Positions 8,217-16,266 of a stretch of 32,000 nucleotides of DNA are shown one piece after another. Where the stretch lies: NCBI GenBank assembly GCA_000025185.1, contig CP001848.1:2580001-2612000 (forward strand), in the 5' to 3' direction. The notes beneath the pieces were generated by a model that was not told the origin of the DNA, made no database searches, and worked only from the letters and a program-made list of their open reading frames with translations. Origin of the DNA: Pirellula staleyi DSM 6068. Lineage in GTDB: Bacteria > Planctomycetota > Planctomycetia > Pirellulales > Pirellulaceae. The translations under genes were made by a program, and so were the position numbers. Position 1 is the stretch's first letter, and each line of letters opens with the position of its first letter.

Positions 8217-9224
8217 ATGCATCTGGGCAACGGCGCGATCACTACCGAATGTGCACTGGTCACCCTTATCGCCGCAGGCACTGGGGTCGGGATGGCGACC
8301 TGGAATTTGCGTCGCAAAGGGCTCACGACTGAACAAAAAAAGCTGGCGATTGGCCTCTCGGGAATGATCTTCGCCGCTCAAGCGGTGAATGTCTCGGTGG
8401 GTGATATGTCGAGCGCTCATCTCGTGGGCGGGGCGATCCTGGCGATGCTCCTGGGTAGCTCCGCAGGGATTGTGGCGATGTCGATCATCCTCGCGATTCA
8501 GGCGCTTTTAGTCGGTGATGGAGGATTGGCGAGTCTCGGCGCGAACATCGTGAACATGGCACTAATCCCGGCACTACTGGTGGAACTCTCCGAGCGCTAT
8601 TTCGCAGCGAAGAGTCCATCGCATGTCGAGCAGATGATTCGTGGGGGACTCGTGGCCGCCGCTACGGTGGTGGTGGTAGCGGTGTTGATTCCTGCTGAAG
8701 TCGCTCTCGGTCGATCGACAGCCGAACTCGAAGGATTAACAGCATTCACTCAGCAGATGCTTACGAGCCATCTGATCGTGGCGGTGGCCGAAGGGACAAT
8801 CACGGCGATGGTGCTGGCGCTGGTTGCCATCCCTCAGCGATCGAGCGAGCGTGTGCCAAGCAGTTCCGCAGTGGCGACGAGCAGTTCCAGCTTGCTGCTG
8901 ACGCTGGCGGTTGCCGTTGCATTTGTTGTGGCATCGCCTTGGGGGAGTGGCCTCCCCGATGGCTACGAGCATGCAGCAGAAGCCAATGGCATGGCCCGCA
9001 TTCTGGAAGAGAGCCCCGAGCAACTGGCAGCCTCTGGCATGCTCGCAACGCTGGCTGCTAGTGTTCAAGCGAAAGTGCTTGGGGTCCTTCAGCCGCTGGC
9101 TCGGAGCGAGCAATTTTGGCTCGCCATGACGACAATCGCGGCGATGGTCTGGATGGGAGCAGCGACGCTGTTGGCTGCCTCGAAGCAGTCGCAGCCACAG
9201 GCTGAATCAGCCGCTCGCTCGTAA
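8217..9224 (+). CDS. CbiM/NikM-family ECF substrate-capture (S) component fused to a PDGLE (NikN/CbiN-like) domain; cobalt or nickel uptake
   Basis: The N-terminus MHLGNGAIT matches the M-H-(I/L)-x-x-G start that is functionally essential in CbiM/NikM. Multi-TM core motifs are present (AHLVGGAILAMLLG, GDGGLASLGANIVNMALIP). The C-terminal ~110 aa have TM-PWGSGLPDGYEHAAE-...-TM, i.e. the PDGLE motif flanked by helices. Confidence 0.8.
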   Translation: MHLGNGAITTECALVTLIAAGTGVGMATWNLRRKGLTTEQKKLAIGLSGMIFAAQAVNVSVGDMSSAHLVGGAILAMLLGSSAGIVAMSIILAIQALLVGDGGLASLGANIVNMALIPALLVELSERYFAAKSPSHVEQMIRGGLVAAATVVVVAVLIPAEVALGRSTAELEGLTAFTQQMLTSHLIVAVAEGTITAMVLALVAIPQRSSERVPSSSAVATSSSSLLLTLAVAVAFVVASPWGSGLPDGYEHAAEANGMARILEESPEQLAASGMLATLAASVQAKVLGVLQPLARSEQFWLAMTTIAAMVWMGAATLLAASKQSQPQAESAARS

Positions 9225-9307
9225 AGAAGAATGATCCACCGCCAGCTCGAGCCAAGTTGTCGAGCCATCGCTAGGTGCGGCTGGATCATGGGACATTTTG
9301 TCGCGAC

Positions 9308-9862
9308 TTAGTGTCCCTTGATCGTGAAACCACGTCGACGCTGAGCGCTATAGCGTTCGAGCGCTTCGTTGATGATCGGGAAGGCATGTTCGGCCGACTG
9401 GAAGTCGTCGACTTCCACCGCTTTCCCTTCGAGCATCTTGTAGTCCTGGAAGAAGCGGCGCAGCATCGTCAGGCGATGCCCAGGCAATTCTTTCGCTTCC
9501 AGCAGATCGTGATACTCGGGATCGTCGACCGCCACGGCGAGGATTTTGTGATCCTTTTTCCCCATGTCGATCATCGTCATCAGGCCAATCGCGCGGGCAT
9601 TGAGCAGCGTCAAAGGAACCACCGGTTCCTGACACATCACGAGCACGTCGAGTGGATCGTCATCTTCGGCCAAGGTCTGCGGAATGAATCCGTAGTTGGC
9701 GGGATAATAGACGGCTGAATACAAAATGCGATCGAGCTTGATCAGGCCGGTCGCCTTGTCGAGCTCGTACTTCACGCTCGAGCCGAGGGGAATTTCGATA
9801 ACCGCGGTGAATTCCATCGGCAAGCGAATGCCGGGAATAACGTCGTGCCAGGCGTGTGTCAT
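9308..9862 (-). CDS. ppa: Inorganic pyrophosphatase, family I
   Basis: 184 aa. Motifs EIPLGSSVKYELD, YPANYGFIPQT and DDDPLDVLV match soluble family I PPases end to end. Confidence 0.95.
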   Translation of the reverse strand: MTHAWHDVIPGIRLPMEFTAVIEIPLGSSVKYELDKATGLIKLDRILYSAVYYPANYGFIPQTLAEDDDPLDVLVMCQEPVVPLTLLNARAIGLMTMIDMGKKDHKILAVAVDDPEYHDLLEAKELPGHRLTMLRRFFQDYKMLEGKAVEVDDFQSAEHAFPIINEALERYSAQRRRGFTIKGH

Positions 9863-10181
9863 GTGACCTTAAACAGTGCACTAGTGGCCGCGCATCACCA
9901 GATTCAGGAGTTCAGCGAAGTTCGCGCGATCACTTGTTGCGAGGCAATTCCAGGCGATCGATGCGGGAGAAGGAACTTCCCTGCTAGGAGACGTGCAGTC
10001 TAACAGTCGTCCGCTGCAGGTGGCAGGAGGCATCGGCCAACTTCCCCTCAAATCGCTCCTCAGCTGCTGCCTGCACGCAAGTTGCGGGGCGAACTATCAT
10101 GATATGGATGCCTGCCGGGGCGACAGCCGTGCGCTAGCCCCACGTTGATGGAACGAACTCTAGACTGCTCAAAGCTTTCCG

Positions 10182-11516
10182 ATGACCACCCAGTACGACC
10201 TGTTGCGCCAAAAACTTGTGGATAAATCGGCGGTGATTGGTGTCATCGGCCTCGGTTATGTCGGTTTGCCGCTGGTCCGCACCTTCATCGCCGCCGGCTA
10301 TCGCTGTTTGGGATTCGATGTCGATCCGGCCAAGGTCGCGAAGCTGCTGGCGGGTGAGAGTTACATTGGCCACATCGCGCCGGAGTGGATTCGCGAAACG
10401 ATCGGCTCCCAATCGTTCCGGCCGACATCCGACATGCAACGACTGGCTGAAGCCGATGCGATTGTGATTTGCGTTCCCACGCCGCTGAGCGAAAGTCGCG
10501 ATCCCGATTTGAGCTACATCGAAAGCACCGCTCGTCAGATTGCCGGTGCGCTTCGGCCCGGGCAACTGGTGGTGCTCGAGAGCACGACCTATCCCGGCAC
10601 CACGCGCGAAGTTGTGATCCCCATCTTGGCCCGCTCGGGGCTGGCGATCGGCAGCGATACGTTTGTGGCCTACAGTCCGGAGCGCGAAGATCCGGGAAAC
10701 TCGTCGTTCGCTACCAGCCGCATTCCGAAAGTGGTGGGTGGAATGAACGACGAAAGCCGAGAGCTAGCCGAACTGCTCTACGCACCTGCCGTGGTGCGCG
10801 TCGTTTCGGTGGCGACCTTGGAGATCGCCGAAGCGTGCAAAATTGTCGAGAACGTCTATCGCGCGGTGAATATCGCGATGGTGAACGAACTGAAGATGCT
10901 GTTCGACAAACTGGGGATCGATATTTGGCAGGTGATCGATGCCGCAGCGACCAAACCGTTCGGATTTCAAGCGTTTTATCCAGGTCCAGGGCTCGGCGGG
11001 CATTGCATTCCGATCGACCCGTTTTATCTCAGCTGGCTCGCGCGGCGCCACGAAACAACCTCGCGATTCATCGAGCTGGCAGGAGAGATCAACGCTGGTA
11101 TGCCCGAGTGGGTGATCGAAAAAGTGTCGCTTGCGCTCAACGATCACAGCAAGTGTGTGAAGGGGAGCAAGATCGGGGTGCTAGGGGTGGCGTATAAGAA
11201 AAACGTCGACGACCCGCGCGAAAGCCCCGCCTTTCGGATCATGGAGCTGCTGGAAGCGCGTGGCGCAGTTCTTTCGTACCACGATCCGCACGTGCCGGTC
11301 CTCCCAGCGATGCGTAGCTTTGCGGTTCCCAAGTTGGCATCAGCACCCCTGACAAGCGAGTGGCTAAGTTCGCAAGATTGCGTGGTGATTGTCACCGATC
11401 ATACGTCGGTCGACTATCAGCTGGTGGCAAAGCACTCCAGGCTGGTGATCGATACGCGGGCCGCTCTTCGTTTCGTCGATCCCACGGTGAAGCAGGCCGA
11501 TATTCGACCGGCATAG
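10182..11516 (+). CDS. Nucleotide-sugar dehydrogenase (UDP-glucose/GDP-mannose dehydrogenase family; probably UDP-N-acetyl-hexosamine 6-dehydrogenase, WbpA/WecC/TviB-like)
   Basis: N-terminal Rossmann motif IGVIGLGYVGLPL. Catalytic-Cys region GLGGHCIPIDP. C-terminal nucleotide-binding domain VLGVAYKKNVDDPRESPA. The ~444-aa length is typical of the family. Confidence 0.9.
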   Translation: MTTQYDLLRQKLVDKSAVIGVIGLGYVGLPLVRTFIAAGYRCLGFDVDPAKVAKLLAGESYIGHIAPEWIRETIGSQSFRPTSDMQRLAEADAIVICVPTPLSESRDPDLSYIESTARQIAGALRPGQLVVLESTTYPGTTREVVIPILARSGLAIGSDTFVAYSPEREDPGNSSFATSRIPKVVGGMNDESRELAELLYAPAVVRVVSVATLEIAEACKIVENVYRAVNIAMVNELKMLFDKLGIDIWQVIDAAATKPFGFQAFYPGPGLGGHCIPIDPFYLSWLARRHETTSRFIELAGEINAGMPEWVIEKVSLALNDHSKCVKGSKIGVLGVAYKKNVDDPRESPAFRIMELLEARGAVLSYHDPHVPVLPAMRSFAVPKLASAPLTSEWLSSQDCVVIVTDHTSVDYQLVAKHSRLVIDTRAALRFVDPTVKQADIRPA

Positions 11517-11772
11517 GCAGTGGATGAGGCTGGGAGAGAGCCAGCGGCTTGTTTCGTGGTGGAAATGAAATCGGAACGCGTCTCGTTCTCGGAAGTAAAG
11601 TGGTTCACGACACCACGCTGAGTGTGGCGGGCTAGATGCGGTTTGACTCGGAGAGTTTGCCACCACTTTTGCAGCTGCTGGAAAAACATCCTGTGACGCT
11701 GCACGGAGGCACTATTGAACTGTGTGAACTTCCTAAATCGTAACGCCAGTTCAGTGCTTCTCCACAGTTCAG

Positions 11773-11803
11773 CATGCTCCTCCTGCTGCGCGAGAGGAGC
11801 ATG
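11773..11803. terminator. GC-rich stem-loop between convergent genes (possible bidirectional terminator, no U-tract)
   Basis: Perfect 10-bp inverted repeat CATGCTCCTC (11773-11782) / GAGGAGCATG (11794-11803) with an 11-nt loop. It sits between the stop of the dehydrogenase (11516, +) and the stop of the DUF1501 gene (11886, -). Neither side has a T-run. Confidence 0.35.
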
Positions 11804-11885
11804 GCACCCGAATCAGATTCGTTTCTAGCCTCTAGCCTCTAGATCCTTGCACCTTAGTTCCTAGTTTCCGCCTCTCGCCCCGGTC

Positions 11886-13271
11886 CTAAAACAGTTCCTT
11901 AATCACGCTGCCGTGATCGATGGCGGCGATGGGGCGTCCGGAGCGATCGATAAAGTGAGCAGTCCGATCGATCCCGAGGACGTGGAAAATGGTGTGGTGT
12001 AGATCGCCCGGCTGAAGCGGCTGATCTTTCGGCTCTTCACCCAATCGATTTGTGCTTCCGATCAGCCGCCCCCCTTGAATTCCACCACCCGCCACGAGCA
12101 CCGACATGGCATTGCCCCAGTGGTCGCGTCCGGGAGTGCCCATGCTCATCGGCGGGCCGCCATTGCCACCGTCGTTCATGCGAGGTGTGCGGCTGAACTC
12201 GCCACAAAGGATGACCATCGTCTTCTCGAGCAGGCCCCGATTGGCGAGGTCGGTCAGGAGACCGTGCACGCACTGATCGACTTTGGGAAGGTAGTTATTC
12301 ATTCCCTTCTCGAGGTCCCAGTGATGATCCCAGCCTGCAAAATGGCAAGTGACAAACGTTGTGCCAGCTTCGACGAGGCGTCGCGCCAGCAGAACGCTTT
12401 GGCCCCAGGTATGGCGGCCGTACATCTCGCGCGTTTCGGGTTTTTCTTGCGACAGATCGAACGCCTCGCGGGCGGCGGTGCTGGTCACCATTTCGTAAGC
12501 CTGGCGATCGAAGCGATCCATAGCGTCGAGCATGCCGCTGCGGTCGGTCTCTTTTCGCAGGCGATCGAAACTGGCGACCAGATTGCGTCGGTCTTCGAGG
12601 CGGTCGATCGACATTTGCCCCGGAAGGGAGAGATTGCGGACTTCGAACTTTTCGTTGTTCGGATCGCCATCGGTTTCAAACGGGTTGTGCTGCACGCCGA
12701 GGTAGTTCCCCGCGAAATACCCGGGGCGCAATCCAATGCTGCTGGCGTAAGGAACCGCGACATTCGACGGCATGCCGGGTTTGCGGGGGCCGGCGAGTTT
12801 GGTGGCGATTGAGCCAATGAACGGGAACTTCCCAGCGTTATTTGCGCCGCTGACTCCCGCCCCACGCCCGGTGAGCATCCAGTGACCACCCGTAAAGTGG
12901 TCTCCCGAATTGTGATACATCGAGCGGATGACCGAGAACTTGTCGGCCACTTTGGCGTGCAGTGGAAAGAGTTCTGTCACCTGCATGCCAGGAACATTGG
13001 TGTCGATGGGACGCCAGATGCCGCGATATTCTGGCGGCGCTTCGGGCTTCATGTCGTAGGTGTCCATGTGCCCTGGACCACCATCGAGCCACAGCAGAAT
13101 GACCGAGGTATCTTTCGCGCTGCCGGTCGACGCCGCTGCAGCCTCTTTAGCTTCGAGCATGTGGCTGAGGGGAACCGATGCCATGCCTGCCATGCCGATT
13201 TGCAGGAACGAGCGGCGCGAAATGCCGTCGCAATACGAGTGCGGGCCACCAGCGGGGATGCGGAGCACCAT
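11886..13271 (-). CDS. DUF1501 domain protein (sulfatase/alkaline-phosphatase-fold) with a twin-arginine signal
   Basis: ATG start. Tat-type N-terminus SRRSFLQIGMAGMA. Family motifs are present: ILLWLDGGPGHMDTYDMKPEAP, VIRSMYHNSGDHFTGGHWMLTG and GEFSRTPRMN...GRDHW. This is the typical planctomycete/verrucomicrobial DUF1501 layout. Confidence 0.9.
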   Translation of the reverse strand: MVLRIPAGGPHSYCDGISRRSFLQIGMAGMASVPLSHMLEAKEAAAASTGSAKDTSVILLWLDGGPGHMDTYDMKPEAPPEYRGIWRPIDTNVPGMQVTELFPLHAKVADKFSVIRSMYHNSGDHFTGGHWMLTGRGAGVSGANNAGKFPFIGSIATKLAGPRKPGMPSNVAVPYASSIGLRPGYFAGNYLGVQHNPFETDGDPNNEKFEVRNLSLPGQMSIDRLEDRRNLVASFDRLRKETDRSGMLDAMDRFDRQAYEMVTSTAAREAFDLSQEKPETREMYGRHTWGQSVLLARRLVEAGTTFVTCHFAGWDHHWDLEKGMNNYLPKVDQCVHGLLTDLANRGLLEKTMVILCGEFSRTPRMNDGGNGGPPMSMGTPGRDHWGNAMSVLVAGGGIQGGRLIGSTNRLGEEPKDQPLQPGDLHHTIFHVLGIDRTAHFIDRSGRPIAAIDHGSVIKELF

Positions 13272-14045
13272 GGCAACTCCAAAACGTGCGGAGGGAGAGT
13301 CGGTCGGAAGGAAGGGGACGAACGTGGGCCGTAGCGGTCGCCACTAAGTGGGGCTTAGTGCAGCGTCGACGAGCGTAGTTCGAGGCGGGCAGGCTTTGTG
13401 AACGGTCGATGTATCTGTGATCTTTGATCGGTAGCGTAGTGGTCTTTCGCCAGCGGTGTCAACCGAAATCGGAGGTATTAAGGAACCGGCCTCCCGTTTT
13501 TCGGAATCTCCGCTGCAATCTTCCGGCATGGAATCTGCATGGAGTGCGAGCAGCCCGAGAATCGGCGACTTTGTCGGTAAGGTTCTTGGGGATGTTTGCG
13601 GTGTTTGGGGTATTGCTTCCGGCTGCCAATGTGTGGTTTGCTTTGCGGTGGCTGAAGTTCGTAAGTGATTGCAGATTCATCAGTTAAGTAGACGGTGGAG
13701 ATCAGTGGCTCAGCGGATGTCTTAGTGACTTGGTACCACGATGGGCGGTGATTGGTCCCGCGAAATGAAAAACTGATCTTGTAAGATTTACACAGCTGGG
13801 ACACATTGCTTCGCTGTGTGACATGCTGTGCCCCCAGAGTGGGTGCGGAATACTGTTCAAAGATGGCTTTGGGCTGTTTTGCAAGGATTAGCAAAGCGAA
13901 GTCCAGCAGCCGGTGACATGGATGACCGGGCAATCTCGCACGAGTTGCCTAAGCAGGGATGCGACGACCGACGACTCGGTGCGCCAACGTTTGGTGCGCG
14001 ACTCATCTGCCGCTCTCCTCCCGACGAATTTCAGGGAGCGAAATC

Positions 14046-15767
14046 ATGGTGGCATCGGTCGCAACAGTTCTTTTGGTGCTCGCCGCAGGTGGCGATGCCG
14101 TGCTGCTTCAGTTCTCGTCGCAGAACTGTGCTCCTTGTCAGGCAATGCAATCGACGGTCGAGCGTTTGGCCGGATCGGGCTACTCGGTCCGTCGGGTCGA
14201 TGTCGACAACTATCCGCAAGTGGCGCGGCAGTACGATGTCCGCGAAATTCCCTGTTTTGTGATGCTGCATGGTGGCCGCGAAACCGATCGCGTGGTGGGA
14301 CGTGCCTCGTTTGATCGCTTGGCAGCGATGTACACCCCGCCCGAGCAGAATTCGCAGCCCAGCACGACCTTTGTCTCGCATCCCGGAGCAGCACAAGGTC
14401 CATCGGCCGCACAACCAGCTGCCCAGTATGTTCCTACTCCTTACAAGCCCGAGCCTTACCAGCCGCAGCATTTGGCCGCCGCACCGATGGCTCAAGCTCC
14501 TGTCGCACAAGCTCCCGCTGCGTCGCAGCCCCAGGTTCCTGCAGCTTATGAACAGGCCGATTTTAGTACTCCTCGGGCGGTGGCGGTCACTCCGACCCAG
14601 TACCGCGAGGAAGCTGCCAATCCAACCGACGTTCGCCGACGTGCGATGGCCGCCACGGTCCGTCTGAAAGTGGAAGACGAAACCGGGTTTGGATTTGGCA
14701 CCGGCACGATCATCGATACTCACGACGACGAAGCGCTGGTGGTCACTTGCGGTCACTTGTTCCGCGAGTCGCAAGGGAAGGGGACGATCAGCGTCGATCT
14801 GTTTGCCGCTGCTGGTGCGCCTTCGATCGCAGGGCAACTGATCGCCTACGATCTGACACGCGATATCGCCCTCGTGAGCATTCGCCCCGGAATGAAAGTA
14901 ACTCCCATGACGGTCGCTTCGGGGCTCACTCCCGTTGTGCCACGCGAATCGGTCTTTTCGATTGGCTGCGACAAAGGTGGCGAGCCAAGCGTTCGCGATT
15001 CGCAAGTGACAGGTGTGAACAAGTTCCGTGGACCACCGAACGTCACCGTCGCCGGGCAACCTGTCGATGGTAGAAGTGGAGGGGGGCTCTTTAGCGAACA
15101 AGGCGAACTGATTGGGATCTGCAATGCTGCCAATCCAGCCGACGACGAAGGGCTCTACGCAGCTCTTGGTAGTATCCACTGGCAACTCGATCAAATTGGC
15201 CAAACGCAGCTGTATAAGCGCGAAGCCGAGGTTTCGCAGCAATCTCCAGCCGCTATGCCGCAGGAAGTTCCTCCCGCCCAGTCGCAACAGTTTGCGTCAA
15301 ATGCGTTCGCCGCGAATGAAGCGGTTGCTCCCGCCGCTGCAGTGCAGCCTGCAGGCAACTTTGCTTTGCCCGAAGAACAACTCCCCACCGAGTTTCCTCA
15401 GCGTCAGCAAGAGGTTGCACCTGCAGTGATGAGTGCCTCGATTCCGAGTGGCAGGCAGCAGTTTGCCAAAACGGTTGAAGATGCGTTTGCTGGTGCTGGC
15501 GCCGATGAAGAAATGATCCTCATCGTTCGTTCGCGATCCAATCCAGCCGCTCCTTCGCAGGTGTATGTGCTCGATCGCCCTGGCAGCAAGCTGGTTTCGG
15601 AGATGGCGGCTGTCGCTCGTCCACTGGCGCCAGCGGCTAATGCTCCACCCGCTCAGCAACTGGCTCGCGAGCATCAGCAGCCAAGCAATGATCCACGCAG
15701 CGATCGTTTTGCTCGTCGCGATGAGTATTCGAACGAGCCGATCATCCGCGGCCAGTCGCAGCCGTAG
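14046..15767 (+). CDS. Thioredoxin-fold (CAPC) domain fused to a trypsin-like (S1/DegP-type) serine peptidase domain, with Gln/Pro/Ala-rich linkers and tail
   Basis: ORF-track ORF is 13959..15767. ATG 14046 is preceded by AGGGAG, and ATG 13959 by AGCAGGG. The Trx fold shows VLLQFSSQNCAPCQAM (CxxC), REIPCFVML (cis-Pro) and RVVG. The protease shows a His in VVTCGHLF, an Asp in TRDIALVSI and a Ser in DGRSGGGLF (GxSGG). The hydrophobic N-terminus VASVATVLLVLAAGGDA looks like a signal peptide or anchor, and the fit is best if the 13959 start supplies the RR n-region. Confidence 0.8.
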   Translation: MVASVATVLLVLAAGGDAVLLQFSSQNCAPCQAMQSTVERLAGSGYSVRRVDVDNYPQVARQYDVREIPCFVMLHGGRETDRVVGRASFDRLAAMYTPPEQNSQPSTTFVSHPGAAQGPSAAQPAAQYVPTPYKPEPYQPQHLAAAPMAQAPVAQAPAASQPQVPAAYEQADFSTPRAVAVTPTQYREEAANPTDVRRRAMAATVRLKVEDETGFGFGTGTIIDTHDDEALVVTCGHLFRESQGKGTISVDLFAAAGAPSIAGQLIAYDLTRDIALVSIRPGMKVTPMTVASGLTPVVPRESVFSIGCDKGGEPSVRDSQVTGVNKFRGPPNVTVAGQPVDGRSGGGLFSEQGELIGICNAANPADDEGLYAALGSIHWQLDQIGQTQLYKREAEVSQQSPAAMPQEVPPAQSQQFASNAFAANEAVAPAAAVQPAGNFALPEEQLPTEFPQRQQEVAPAVMSASIPSGRQQFAKTVEDAFAGAGADEEMILIVRSRSNPAAPSQVYVLDRPGSKLVSEMAAVARPLAPAANAPPAQQLAREHQQPSNDPRSDRFARRDEYSNEPIIRGQSQP

Positions 15768-15782
15768 TTCGCCTAGCATGTT

Positions 15783-15841
15783 TTCGATCACGAACTGACA
15801 ATCAGCCTGCTGGTCGCTAGCCGCAGGTTCGTGTGATCGAA
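15783..15841 (+). terminator. Long imperfect stem-loop 16 nt downstream of the Trx-protease stop codon
   Basis: TTCGATCACGAAC (15783-15795) pairs with GTTCGTGTGATCGAA (15827-15841), giving 13 bp with a 2-nt bulge. An inner CTGC/GCAG stem lies at 15807-15810 / 15823-15826. No U-tract follows. Confidence 0.3.
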
Positions 15842-16028
15842 TTCGCACAGCCGCCGCCGTCTTTCGATGCGGCTGCTCACTCGCGCTCGGATTTTTCGAG
15901 CGAATCAGCAGGAAATCCCCCACTCGGCCGGTTCTTTACGGCGCGTGGTCTGCGGGCGTGTCCTAGATTACTTCGGAGCAGAGATCGACGCGTCGCGACT
16001 TGAAAAAGGGTGCCGCGTCGCGAGGGGA

Positions 16029-16244
16029 ATGCTGATTTTGCTGGAAGTAACTGTGATGATGATTTTGCTACTGATCGTGATGATTTCGGTGGGGAATCTT
16101 GCGCTAGGATTTGGCGCAGGGGTCTTCCTGGGACATGGTCCGCGCGAAAAGTTGCGCCGCTATCTTCCTGCGTGGCTGCTGGGGGATGAAGAAGCCCCAT
16201 CCAGCTCGAATCCACCAGCAGCGACACCTCCCGCTGCCAATTAA
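16029..16244 (+). CDS. Small hypothetical membrane protein (71 aa)
   Basis: Internal ATG of ORF-track ORF 15867..16244, preceded by GCGAGGGGA (SD-like). It encodes a strongly hydrophobic segment (MLILLEVTVMMILLLIVMISVGNLALGFGAGVFL) followed by a Pro/Ala-rich tail. I recognise no family, so the coding status is unproven. Confidence 0.35.
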   Translation: MLILLEVTVMMILLLIVMISVGNLALGFGAGVFLGHGPREKLRRYLPAWLLGDEEAPSSSNPPAATPPAAN

Positions 16245-16266
16245 CTTGCGTGCCTTGCGGCCGCCA

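Noticed and set aside
11824-11843. Short tandem repeat TCTAGCC TCTAGCC TCTAGA.
   Set aside because: There are only about 2.8 copies of a 7-mer in a convergent intergenic region. It is too short to be CRISPR-like or a meaningful microsatellite locus.
13430-13503. tRNA-like D-loop string (GTAGCGTAGTGGTC), followed by a GGAGG...CCTCC hairpin with a T5 run.
   Set aside because: No acceptor stem, anticodon arm or GGTTCGAATCC-type T-arm can be built on either strand, so it is not a tRNA. The hairpin has only a 5-bp stem with a 14-nt loop, which is too weak to call a terminator, and there is no upstream plus-strand gene for it to terminate.
14031-15287. 418-aa minus-strand ORF antisense to the Trx-protease gene.
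   Set aside because: It is the same antisense artefact. Its composition is Arg/Cys/Gly/His-rich, and the sense frame carries coherent Trx and protease motifs.
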